NCBI GenBank assembly: GCA_002269645.1
Contig: NIVC01003166.1
Location: 75,859-139,858 of the forward strand
Direction of reading: 5' to 3'
Source of the DNA: Macrostomum lignano
Taxonomy: Eukaryota
DNA: 64,000 nt
Of the stretch, positions 22,901 to 35,053 are shown piece by piece (positions within the stretch are counted from its first letter, which is position 1; each line of letters begins with the position of its first letter). The notes under the pieces were generated by a model. That model had not been told where the DNA came from, searched no databases, and saw only the letters and a list, made by a program, of their open reading frames with translations. The position numbers and the translations under genes are program-made.

Positions 22901-24506
22901 CGCAGCCGCCATTGGCGATATTAAAGAAGTCAGAGACGACAGAGCCGATGGAGTGAGATGGCGGCTGGCCATGGCCTGCTGCGTGAGAGCGAGCCAGCCC
23001 AGCTGTCTGTTTTTCTACTCGCGTTCGGTCAGGGGTGAACTTCTGGTTCGCAAGAATGGAGGAGAAAACGACGGCGAGATTGGAAATATTCATCAATCCA
23101 ACAAAGGCGAAGGCGAGGGCGAGAGCAATGGGACTAGTGTGGCTACTAAGTTGGATTATCGCTATCGATTGTTGGGATTTTCGCCGCCAGATTATGTGCG
23201 ACTGTTGCCGTGTAGGTTGCCTATCGAGCAGTACCTAGTGGGAGATGCGATAGGAGGATCGGGTGTAGAGGGAGAGGGGATCGAGAAAGTCGAGGGAGAT
23301 GGGGTAGAGAGGAGAGGGGGTAGAAAGGGAAAGGGGGTAGAGAGGGAGAAGGGGATAGCGAGGGAGAGGGGGTAGAGAGGGGGATGGGGTAGAGAGGGAG
23401 AGGGGGAAAGAGAGGGAGAGGAGAAAGAGAGGGAGAGGGTGTAGAGAGGGAGAGGGTGTAGAGAGGGAGAGGGTGTAGAGAGGGAGAGGGGGAAACAGAG
23501 GGAGAGGGGGAAAGAGAGGGAGAGGGGAAAGAGAGGGAGAGGGGGAAAGAGAGGGAGAGGGTGTAGAGAGGGAGAGGGGGGAAGATGGAAGGTCAGGGAC
23601 AGCTAGGGAGAGGGAAAGGGGTGTTAGTTAGAAAGAAAGAAGATATATAAAGGTAGAGAGAGGCAGTTTTGGACAGTAGCTAATGTAAGAAGACTGCAAG
23701 TTGCACAAGGAAGAATAGAGACGGAAAGACAGTAAGAACAAGAGTGAAAGTCAAGGCCATAAGGCAGAAAAAAAACAGATTATAAAAATGCAGTAATTCA
23801 ATTCCAATTACTTGCAGCGGACCAAGCCCTGCTTTCGGCCATGTACCACCGACTCACCAAGTCTTCAAGGTCACCTTGCCAACAACAGCAACAACAGGAG
23901 CAGCTCCTAGAAGAGCAGCAGCGGCAGCCGCTTCAACAGCAGCACAAGCACCTTCGCCTTGGCGGGTCTCCATGGCGACCAGACACGCCTGTTGCTGCCC
24001 GCTCCGCCCGCCTAGCGGTTCTTGAACTGTTGAACGCGGCTGCATGGTCAGTTGGCGTCCCGGAATGCTGGCTACCCAGCCAGCCAATCAGAGCGTCTGG
24101 TCGGGTAACCGAGAAGCCCTATCTGCTGCTTAGCAGTGATTCCAAGCGCTCAGAATACGACAGTTCGCAGCGGCGTCAGCGTTTCGTCTGTCTGGCACCC
24201 TCCGGTAGCAGCGCCCTGATGTTGGCTGGAGCAACAAGAGCTGAGTCTCGATTGGTCCGCGACACCTTGGAGTCTGCTGGCGCCCTGGCAGACGAGGAAG
24301 AGTTTACTAACGCTAAAGCCTCGCTTGTTGTTGTCGGTTTCCAGTTGAATCGTCGGTTTTGGTCTACCGGAGGGTCCGGCGGCGGCGGCGGAGGCTTGGC
24401 TTCCGCCACGACCTGCTGCTGCTGCTGTTGCTGTTGCTGCGTGGCGGCGGAGGAGGTCAGGGAACAGCCGGTCATTGGCTTCTGCTTGCTTTGCTCACTA
24501 GACTGA
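19918..24506 (+). CDS. Uncharacterised protein of about 570 aa with four internal LxGxPW-type repeat domains; 3 exons; C-terminus possibly frameshifted (alternative end 24661)
   Basis: Exons 19918-20518, 22789-23211, 23818-24506; GT-AG, both introns phase 1. Repeated motifs AKLQGQPW, LRLRGNPW, LRLGGSPW, FQLNRRFW, with upstream motifs such as FCLAPSCSDRLTLL, FSPPDYVRLL and VCLAPSGSSALML. Start MGNRAS fits a myristoylation consensus. Confidence 0.75.
20552..22655. repeat. 16-bp minisatellite (GTGGTAGAGTGAGGCT / GTGGTGGACTAAGACT) filling intron 1 of the LxGxPW gene
   Basis: Direct reading, about 130 units. Confidence 0.97.
23270..23620. repeat. GA-rich low-complexity tract in intron 2 of the LxGxPW gene
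   Basis: Direct reading. Confidence 0.85.
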
Positions 24507-25744
24507 CTAGGAGCGAGTGCGGTTTCCGCCTGCTGTGCGCTTCAGATGTGGCGTCGCGTTTAGTGAGCAGATCGGACACGGTGCCTGAGGACTGGCCGAC
24601 ACTGTGGCTGGCTGCACCGGCTGTTGAGTCAGCCGATGAGGCCCGGCAAGATTTTGTTTGAAGTGTTTTTTGTTTAACTGTGTAGCTGGAGAGGGTGAGG
24701 CTGAGTTTGATTTGCGAGCGCCGTAGCCTAATGGATTCCCAATGCTTGTGCAATCAAGGCCCTTGAGGGCCAACCCCCAAGGCACAGTGAAGTGTACATG
24801 CCTAACGATAAATAAAGTTAGGGCCGCTGTACACTCCTGTGTGAGTGTGTGCCTGCGCGTATCCGCGCGCTTGTGTGCCTGCTCAGGTGATTGCCAAACC
24901 CATTTATTTGGCTTTGAACGCCAAGCCCCCAAGGTCCTTGTGTACTTCCCTGAGCATGAGATGTTTTTTGCTGCTTTGTGATTGTCTCGTTGATTTTCCT
25001 TTCATTGCGAAAAAAAACTACAACATTGATTTTTGCGTGACGAAAATACTCCAATAAAGATTTTATTTCATTGTTCTTGTTTATGCTGCTTCTGATTGGA
25101 TTTACCAATCGGTGGCATTGCGAGTCATCGGAAGTGTCTTGTCTTGTACTTATTGCTGACGTTGTAGTTATTTTTTAGTGCCATAGATAGAATATCAGGT
25201 ATGTTTATTCGTCTCTATCTGCCTGTTTGTGATCTGATTATGCCCTATTTTTTCATCGCTAAAGTGTGAGCTGGAGCCGTTAAATGGATTTGAATTTATA
25301 GAAGTCTAATTTTCTAACCCTCCAACCGCGCTTCAGTAAGCTGCACTTTGGAATATAAAGCTTCCGTTTCCTATAGTATTGGACAACCACTTTATCAACT
25401 TGCTGCTGTTCTTCCTTCCTTTCCATCCTTATCGGCGATCTCCCTCCATCAAATCTTCAATTGACAATCCTGCCTCACCTTTATCCTAGGCAGCTGAAGC
25501 ACTACTGTATAAGCGCTTCTATGCCGTGTTTATAGTAAAGTACAATGGGGGGCTTACAGACCAGTTCTAGCCCTTGGCTCCTAAGCAAATACGAGCTATT
25601 TGAAGAATAAATTCTAAAGCAGCTTTTTAGTAAGTGCTTCAGTGCGCTGACAAATTCTAAAGAGAATTTGCTCAGGACTTTAAATTGGATTGACTCAAAC
25701 ACGACTCAAGATGGAGGGCTATTCACACGTGACTCTGAATAAAG

Positions 25745-27165
25745 CGATTCGGACACGACTCTAAATGGGGTGATTCAGACACGAGTCTAAATGGAGTGAT
25801 TTAGACACGAGTCTAAATGGGGCGATTTAGACACGAGTCTAAATGGGGTGATTTAGACACGAGTCTAAATGGGGCGATTTAGACACGAGTCTAAATAGGG
25901 CGATTCAGACACGAGTCTAAATAGGGCGATTCAGACACGAGTCTAAATAACGCGATTCAGACACGAGTCTAAATGGGGTGATTTAGACACGAGTCTAAAT
26001 GGGGCGATTTAGACACGAGTCTAAATGGGGTGATTTAGACACGAGTCAAAATGGAGCGATTCAGACACGAGACTAAATAGGGCGATTCAGACACGAGTCT
26101 AAATGGGGTGATTCAGACACGAGTCTAAGCGGGGTGATTCAGACACGAGTCTAAATAGGGCGATTCAGACACGAGTCTAAATAGGGCGATTCAGACACGA
26201 GTCTAAATAACGCGATTCAGACACGAGTCTAAATAACGCGATTCAGACACGAGTCTAAATGGGGTGATTTAGACACGAGTCTAAATGGGGCGATTTAGAC
26301 ACGAGTCTAAATGGGGTGATTTAGACACGAGTCTAAGCGGGGTGATTCAGACACGAGTCTAAATAGGGCGATTCAGACACGAGTCTAAATGGGGCGATTT
26401 AGACACGAGTCTAAATGGGGTGATTCAGACACGAGTCTAAATGGGGTGATTCAGACACGAGTCTAAGCGGGGTGATTCAGACACGAGTCTAAATAGGGCG
26501 ATTCAGACACGAGTCTAAATAGGGCGCTTCGGACACGAATCTAAATGGGGCGATTCAGACACGAGTCTAAATAGGGCGATTCAGACACGAGTCTAAATAA
26601 CGCGATTCAGACACGAGTCTAAGTGGGGCGATTCAGGCACGAGTCTAAATAGGGCGATTCAGACACGAGTCTAAATAACGCGATTCAGACACGAGTCTAA
26701 ATGAGGCGATTCAGGCACGAGTCTAAATGGGGCGATTCAGACACGAGTCTAAATAACGCGATTCAGACACGAGTCTAAATAGGGCACTTCGGACACGAGT
26801 CTAAATGGGCGATTCAGACACGAGTCAAAATGGAGCGATTCAGACACGAGACTAAATAGGGCGATTCAGACACGAGTCTAAATAGGGCGATTCAGACACG
26901 AGTCTAAATAGGGCGATTCAGACACGAGTCTAAATAGGGCGATTCAGACACGAGTCTAAATAGGGCGCTTCGGACACGAGTCTAAATAGGGCGCTTCGGA
27001 CACGAGTCTAAATAGGGCGATTCAGACACGAGTCAAAATGGAGCGATTCAGACACGAGACTAAATAGGGCGATTCAGACACGAGTCTAAATAGGGCGATT
27101 CAGACACGAGTCTAAATAGGGCGATTCAGACACGAGTCTAAATAGGGCGCTTCGGACACGAGTCT
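25745..27165. repeat. 26-bp minisatellite with a palindromic core (GATTYAGACACGAGTCTAAATRGGGC), about 54 copies
   Basis: Unit contains ATTTAGAC-ACGA-GTCTAAAT; variation is concentrated in the 5 nt between hairpins. Confidence 0.96.
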
Positions 27166-28604
27166 ATTTTTTTCGTAAACGTTACTACTAAATTTGAAGC
27201 ATTTTTGTGTAAAGCCGAAACTACGCTCGTGGTTCACTTTTTAATATATTTTCCAATCTCTTGGTGAGTGTGTAGTGCAGTGCAGTGTGTCATGTAAGTG
27301 AAGGCATATCAACTATTGTTGAAGTAGGTGTCTAGCAATAAACAAGGCAATGTCCATAAAATTCCAAGAGGAACTGTTTAGAGAGGGATAGAGATGAGGC
27401 CATACTTATGTGGGGGCCACCATATAAGCCACTCAGCTTTCGTGCTTGGCGTGTGTTATAGACTGCCGTGCGACACCTTATTTTTCCGGCTTCGTTGCAC
27501 TTTTATAACTGCCGGGCAATATTGGCCGTGCAGCAATTCTGTCGGTTGTGTGCACTCGCTCAAGTCTTCTCTCGTCTCTTTCTATCTTTTAGTCTCCCGC
27601 CATCTCTGCATGGTGCTCAATCAATACCAGCTAGCTAGGCCGCAACCCGATCCCCAGCCAAAAGACTTATGCTAAAAAAATTCTTTCAAAGCTGCATTTA
27701 TGAGCCAATCTATCGTGCAGTGAAACATCTTTTTTTCAATTTAAGTCTCAATTAAGTATATGGCTGAGTGTATTCCCTTAGCTCGCAGCAGTTAAAACCT
27801 ATGCTTTTAAATTTATTTATACTTGAAAGTCTCCAGGGACTCGAATTCATTTAAATTTTATTATTTAACCTCGCGTAACGCTGGGTGTTCAATCCGGAGG
27901 TTTTTTCCTTTCTTAATCAAGCTAAAATCATGTAAATTTATTCGATCCTCAATTTATTAAAATGCTACTATGAGTTACAACTTTGGGGCTTTGTACCTCA
28001 GTGCCTTGTGTCTCAGTGCCTTCCTCAGGTTCTGGCCCCCATGAGGGGATCAATTGTCCCTCATGAGGGGGACGTGTTTACCGGCTCTCTACTACCCCCC
28101 CCCCCTAAACAAGAAATTGAGTTTGCCTTGTTCTTTCTCTTCTCCTTTGACCTGCATTTCGTGCTTCCGATACATATAGGCAGCTATATTTAGCTACCCC
28201 GGAAGTGCAAGCTGATTACGGGCAGAGGGAGACGTTGGCATCTCTGTCGGGAACGAATACAGCTGCTCGCTTTTTATCTTGTGTGTCCTAAAGCTCTCCT
28301 GCTTTTCTTACATTCATTTCCTGCTGTATAGCGGCGTCTTTGCTGCGACCCTATCGTTTCGCTGTCGGCAGGATTTCAGGAAATGAGATCAGTTGGGATA
28401 ATTAAGCAGTAATTTCACCGACTCAATTGATCTATCTATGCTCAAGATTGAAGCTTCTGCATGTGCTAAGAAAAATCGAACTGTTTTCTTTTGCTGACTA
28501 GGTATAATCATAAATCATGTATTGTACTTCAGTTTTTTAAAGCCATTTCTCCTGTTTTTATTCCAGCCGATATATTGTCGTTTATTAACGAAACGGTCTT
28601 GCCA

Positions 28605-31600
28605 ATGAGTTCCTACTTTAGTCGTCTAACTAAACTGCTATTCGAACTCGAATCTGTTGGGGGAAATGTCTACAGGTCTATATTGATACCTGGGTGAGTG
28701 TCTTTGCCGTTGTCAAACATACGTGTCCTTAATGGCTATTATTGAAGTGAGGTTAAAATGACGTTTCTGTCGAATTCTGTCGAAGGCCCACAAAGCATCT
28801 CTATCCGGCCCTCGGGTCCTTTTGAAACTTCTCAGAAGCAATCCGGCCCCGCTCAGGGTTTGTGTCTCTTCTTAGCTCTCTTCTCTCACCTCTCTCTTCT
28901 CCTCTCCTCTCCTCTCCTCTTCTCTCTTCTCCTCTCCTCTCCTCTCCTCTCCTCTCCTCTCCTCTCCTCTCCTCTCCTCTCCTCTCCTCTCCTCTCCTCT
29001 CTTCTCCTCTCCTTTCGACTCCTCTCTCCTCTCCTCTCCTCTCCTCTCCTCTCCTCTTCTCTCTTCTCCTCTCCTCTCCTCTCCTCTCCTCTCCTCTCTC
29101 TCTTCTCTTCTCCTCTCCTCTCCTCTCCTCTCCTCTCCTCTCCTCTCCTCTCCTCTCCTCTCCTCTCCTCTCCTCTCCTCTCCTCTCCTCTTCTCTCTTC
29201 TCCTCTCCTCTCCTCTCCTCTCCTCTCCTCTCCTCTCCTCTCCTCTCCTCTCCTCTCCTCTCCTCTCCTCTCTTCTCCTCTCCTTTCGACTCCTCTCTCC
29301 TCTCCTCTCCTCTCCTCTCCTCTTCTCTCTTCTCCTCTCCTCTCCTCTCCTCTCTCTCCTCTCCTCTTCTCTCTTCTCCTCTCTCTCTCCTCTCCTCTCC
29401 TCTCCTCTCCTCTCCTCTCCTCTCCTCTCCTCTCTCCTCTCCTCTCCTCTCCTCTCCTCTCCTCTCCTCTCCTCTCCTCTCTCTCCTCTCCTCTCCTCTC
29501 CTCTCCTCTCCTCTCCTCTCCTCTCCTCTCCTCTTCTCTCCTCTCCTCTCCTCTCCTCTCCTCTCCTCTCTTCTCCTCTCCTTTCGACTCCTCTCTCCTC
29601 TCCTCTCATTTGGACTCCCCTCTCCTCTCATCTCCATTTTCCTCTCCCTTTCCTCCTCTCTCCTCTCCTCTCCTCTCCTCTCCTCTTCTCTCTTCTCCTC
29701 ACCTCTCCTCTCTTCTCCTCTTCTCTTCTCTCCTCTCCTCTTCTCTCCTCTCCTCTCCTTTATTTCTTCGCCTCTCCTTTCTCCTATTTCATTTCTCTAT
29801 TCTCTCTCTATCCTGTCTCCCCTCTTCTGGCCCGCAGTCCTGCTCTGGGTTCTCTATCTGGCCCTGGAGGTAAAAAGTTTGCCGACCCCTGAGTTAAATG
29901 ATTAAATTTCTGTAGATTTAAATGATACATTAGAAATTTATATAATATTTTATTAAATAAAGCAGTACAGATACAGATTTTTACTATCGCGACTTTTACA
30001 GATTTTTGACAAATTTAGAAAATAAATATACTTACACTCTACTTATTTTAGTAGAGCATTGAGCTCGCATCGCACTCCCCACCCATTGACATTTCAGCAG
30101 CCAGCCGCTTTGGCAGGGCACTAGACGCGGCTTATTCGGCGGCCAAGTAGCCGCTCAGTGCCTCTCGGCTGCCTATAAAACCGTGCCAGAGGATCGGCTG
30201 TGTCACAGTTTTCACAGCTATTTTATCTCGCTTGGTAAAGCTTTATATCTTTTTTAAGTTGAAAAACATTTCGAGGGGGGTAGACAATTGTGAAACTAAT
30301 AGAACGTTTGGTTAGGTGGCTGGGGTGGCTGCGAGACTGGATATTTTATTGCCGGCTAGCTTGTTGTACTCGTAAAATGTACGTTTGAGCGGGCTATAAA
30401 ATTTATTGCCGCGGAGTGGGGTGGGCGCTGCCGCGTAGAATGTACACTGTGGTTTAGCTTTCGCAAAGGCCCAAACAACCTAATATGCAGGATCCGAAAA
30501 GCCTGTTGCTATTTTTAGAATAGGTAATTCCGTTTTCAATTTAATGACCTTCGGGGAACCCCTTGGGTAATAGAAGCATAAAAATCTACGGTTTTGGTTT
30601 AACAATCCGCCTCAGGAGATACAAATGTATGCGATTTTCATCAGTTTGCTAATGTTACTACTTGAACATTATATTAGTAGTAGTAGTAGTAGTGTAACAT
30701 TTACTTATTCCTATAATGTTTAGGCGACCAAGCTCTGCCAGTGTACTATCACGTTAGTCAAATCCGCGACGGCCGCTCCTACACTAGTCGCATGATTGAA
30801 GGCGTTCAAAAGGACAAAACAATCTTCTCAATGATTGCTTCATTCTCGAAACCCGAGGCCGATATAGTGCATATTACTCAACCGATGCCAAAGACTTTGC
30901 AGCCTGAGGACCTAGATCTGATGGGATTCTTGGCGGCCCTTATTGCGTAAGTGATTATTTTCTGTGATAAATATACTTGTGAGTTTGGCACATTTAATTG
31001 AATTTTAATTCAATAAATTGACCGTTTTTTGTAAATTTGTAAATTTCTCCACTTCAGCAATGAGGATCTGTCTCCAAATCTGCGCAAAGCTGTCAAACAG
31101 CGCGTGGAACAGTTCACCCATGTGCCAGTGGAGCTGCAGCCCACTGATCCGCTGGTGTACTTTCGCGTCCGGCCGTCAGACGAGCCGACCGTCCATTCCT
31201 GGGTTCGGTTTCGAGAAGCTCAGGAGACTGAAGCTCAGGTGAGTAATATTTATTGCTCTAAATGCATGTCTCCGTGTGCTTTATTCTCAGATACCCAGTT
31301 CCAGATCCTCAGTTTCTGAGACGCCAGCCTCCCAGATCCTCAGTTGCTGAGACGCCAGCCTCCCAGATCCTCAGTTGCTGAGACGCCAGCCTCCCAGATC
31401 CTCAGTTGCTGAGACGCCAGCCTCCCAGATCCTCAGTTGCTGAGACGCCAGCCTCCCAGATCCTCAGTTTCTGAGACACCAGCCTCCCAGATCCTCAGTT
31501 GCTGGGCCAGCCTCCCAGATCCCCAGTTTCTGGGTCAGCCTCCCACATCCTCAGTTGCTGGGCCAGCCTCCCAGATCCTCAGTTGCTGGGCCAGCCTCCC

Positions 31601-32519
31601 AGATCCTCAGTTGCTGGGCCAGCCTCCCAAATCCTCATTTACTATGCCATCAGTCTCCCAGATCCTCAGTAGCTGAGCCAGCCTCCCAGATCCTCAGTAG
31701 CTGAGCCAGCCTCCCAGAGTGTCAGTTGCTGGGCCAGCCTCTCAGATCCTCAGTTGCCGGGCCAGCCTCCCAGATCCTCAGTTGCTGGGCCAGCCTCCCA
31801 GATCCTCAGTAGCTGAGCCAGCCTCCCAGATCCTCAGTTGCCGGGCCAGCCTCCCAGATCCTCAGTTGCTGAGCCAGCCTCTCAGATCCTCAGTTGCCGG
31901 GCCAGCCTCCCAGATCCTCAGTTGCTGGGCCAACCTCCCAGATACTCAGTAGCTGAGCCAGCCTCCCAGATCTTCAGTTTCTGAGACACCAGCCTCCCAG
32001 ATCCTCAGTTGCTATGCCAGCCTCCCAAATCCTGGGCCACCAGCCTCCCAGATCCTCATTTACTATGCCATCAGCCTCCCAGATCCTCAGTTACTATGCC
32101 ACCAGCCTCCCAGATCCTCATTTACTATGCCATCAGCCTCCCAGCTCCCCACCTGTTTCAACCTGCAGCTCAGCAGTCAGCAGAGCCACATCCTCACGAC
32201 CTACCTGGCCGATATGGGCATCCTGGTCGCCGGTCTAAGCAGCGTTCGATTGCACAAAGCATTCGTCACCTCGCTGGATCATTCCGTGTACTTCCACGAG
32301 CCGATGCTTTCGCCCAGCGACTATCTTCTATCCGAGTCGCACTGCCTCTATGGCGGCCGGGGCCGAACCAGCAACAAAGGCAACCTGTGGCGCAGAGACG
32401 GCTCTCTGGTGGCTACAATCTTTCAGGAGGGCCTGGTGCGAATGCAAAGGCCAACGGAAAAAGAGCGGGCTAGCGGTGCTGCCAATGTTAGTGTCGGTGA
32501 CGCTGGCGTGAAAGCTTAG
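28605..32519 (+). CDS. ACOT8: Acyl-CoA thioesterase 8 / TesB-like, paralog 1 (5 exons, 326 aa, intact)
   Basis: Exons 28605-28693, 30098-30234, 30724-30946, 31058-31238, 32169-32519, total 981 nt with compatible phases. Motifs [39 protein letters not shown] and IFQEGLVR retain the catalytic D/S/Q. Ends -VKA, with no canonical PTS1. Confidence 0.9.
28865..29830. repeat. (CTCCT)n microsatellite in ACOT8 paralog 1 intron 1
   Basis: Direct reading. Confidence 0.97.
31295..32145. repeat. 28-31-bp minisatellite (CAGCCTCCCAGATCCTCAGTTGCTGGGC) in ACOT8 paralog 1 intron 4
   Basis: Periods of 31 (31321/31352) and 28 (31561/31589). Confidence 0.95.
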
Positions 32520-32549
32520 TGAAATGTTAATAATTAGTTCTATATTGAC

Positions 32550-33452
32550 AATTGACGCTGAGATTAGATATACTGATGAGGTGAGAGATGCTGAGATTAG
32601 ATACACTAATGATGAGGTGAGAGATGCTGAGATTAGATATACTGATAAGGTGAGAGATGCTGAGATTAGATACACTGGTGATGAGGTGAGAGATGATGAT
32701 ATTAGATACACTGGTGATGAGGTGAGAGATGATGATATTAGATACACTGGTGATGAGGTGAGAGATGATGATATTAGATACACTGGTGATGAGGTGAGAG
32801 ATGCTGAGATTAGATACACTGGTGATGAGGTGAGAGATGCTGAGATTAGATACACTGGTGATGAGGTGAGAGATGCTGAGATTAGATATACTGATGAGGT
32901 GAGAGATGCTGAGATTAGATACACTGGTGATGAGGTGAGAGATGCTGAGATTAGATACACTGGTGATGAGGTGAGAGATGCTGAGATTAGATACACTGGT
33001 GATGAGGTGAGAGATGCTGAGATTAGATACACTGGTGATGAGGTGAGAGATGCTGAGATTAGATACACTGGTGATGAGGTGAGAGATGCTGAGATTAGAT
33101 ATACTGATGAGGTGAGAGATGCTGATATTAGATACACTGGTGATGAGGTCAGAGATGCTGAGATTAGATACACTGATAAGGTGAAAGATGATGAGATTAG
33201 ATACACTAATGATGAGGTCAGAGATGCTGAGATTAGATACACTGATAAGGTGAAAGATGATGAGATTAGATACACTAATGATGAGGTCAGAGATGCTGAG
33301 ATTAGATACACTGATAAGGTGAAAGATGATGAGATTAGATACACTAATGATGAGGTCAGAGATGCTGAGATTAGATATACTGATGAGGTGAGAGATGCTG
33401 AGATTAGATACACTGGTTTTAAGGTGAGAGATGCTGATATTAGATACACTTG
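32550..33452. repeat. 36/33-bp minisatellite (GATGAGGTGAGAGATGCTGAGATTAGATACACTGGT)
   Basis: Starts about 30 nt after the ACOT8 paralog 1 stop codon; unit length is a multiple of 3, which explains the open frames. Confidence 0.95.
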
Positions 33453-35053
33453 TGAGAGATCCTATGGTGACGCAAATCCAAGATTCAATTTTCTGAGATA
33501 AAAGACAAAGTAAGATGCAAGCTAAAGTTTATTGAAATTAGCGCTGTGCAATCATTTTTTACCTTTTTAAAAGATACGTTAATCCTTAAGTAGTTACCTT
33601 TGTGTGTTTAGAAGTCTTCTCATACTTTTGCAGCGATGTTGTACTTTAATATAATAAAGTTTTAGATTTCTTATTTTACAGTAGTAATGCGTTTAGTGAA
33701 ATTATTATTTAATGCTCTTATAGTATTTAGTTTAAAATGTGATCAATAAAGTTCTGCTTTTTAGTCTCGTGTTGTCTAAAATGCTTCGTCAGGGTATTGT
33801 CCTGTGCTCAATGACTTAAGCTACTTTTTTTCATTTTTTATACTACTGACAATCTTCTCATTGTTAGTAGTAGCGCGTTTTTTATTTCAGCTTGATTTTT
33901 TTGTTTTTTGACGGTCTAATTTAAAACTGGGCTTTGAGAAATCTCAATAAAATACACATGTCACACTTAGGATAAAACAAAATATTAAAAGTGTGACAAA
34001 GCCTCCATACCATCGCGCCATGGCTCTAAGCTTCTGTTTTGGAATTTAGTTTTCAAAAAAATCATTTAAAGCTTTTTTGACTTGACGTTAATTTTTAATT
34101 TAAAGTAATTCTAGAAAATTGTAAGAACTATAAATTGCCGATATGTACATGATCAAAATAGTCTTTTTATCTGAAGCTTTATGATTGATAGTTTCATAAA
34201 ATTTACTTAAAAGCTCCGTCAATATGTATTTTTTCGATATTGTCTAATCCTTTAATTATCAACTATTTGCTAGTTGGGCCACTCTTCAACCATCTTTATG
34301 CATTTTTTTTCAGCGGAAACCATTGCTGTAGGGACAACAGAGACAGGAAAAGATTTCTCACAATTTCTCACAAACGCCATGTCCTCTATTGTCAAAGTAC
34401 CCACTGTTCTTAATTAGTGTCGCTTGTTTTAAGTACAAACACAGTCTCTGTCTCGAGACAAAGAATTCTCCAGACAAAGGATTCTCATAGCTAATAAAAG
34501 AAACAACGAACGGAAACTTGTTAACAGAGATCACATTAGCGATGCTTTGTCGAAGCTTTTCATTTCCTCAAAATTTATGATATTGAGATTGAAACGAAAT
34601 CACTCCTGTCTGGTCTGTGTGATGACTTCTTCTCTAGCGGAAGACAGTGAGCCAAGACTTCTTAATTCTTAATATTTGCTCTCTTAACCGAGCGTCTTAT
34701 TTCATGTTATCGTAACGTTCTTTTTTATTTTCCAACCTGGAAGCATTGCTTTTTTAGCTCATGGATGTGTGCGACTGAATCGTCTATGGCCACACCCAAC
34801 AGTCTGTACATCCGTATGTATGAGTGCGTGACTGCGTTAAGTATTGGCGAGCTAGTACATGTATGTGCTCAGGGTCAGCTAAATGGGCAGAATTGCCGTC
34901 AGAGCCGGTTCTGGGACCAAGTCGCCAGGATGCCCTCTGCCCTCCCCTGAATATAGGCCCAGCCTAGGTCTCAGGTGTCTTTGAAAAAGATCGATTTTAA
35001 TAATGGATTTGCTTTTATAAGTAAAAATTAGCGGCTAAATTCATTCCAGTCGC

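Noticed and set aside
25745-27165. CRISPR array
   Set aside because: Linkers are only about 5 nt and recur rather than being unique; there are no cas genes and the context is eukaryotic.
32570-33400. CTGATGAG motifs suggesting hammerhead ribozymes
   Set aside because: No stem II followed by GAAA and no stems I/III.
32524-33501. 325-aa ORF of EVRDAEIRYTGD repeats resembling a repetitive structural protein
   Set aside because: The unit is a multiple of 3, so open frames on both strands are expected; no signal peptide or unique domain; it lies in the 3' flank of ACOT8-1.
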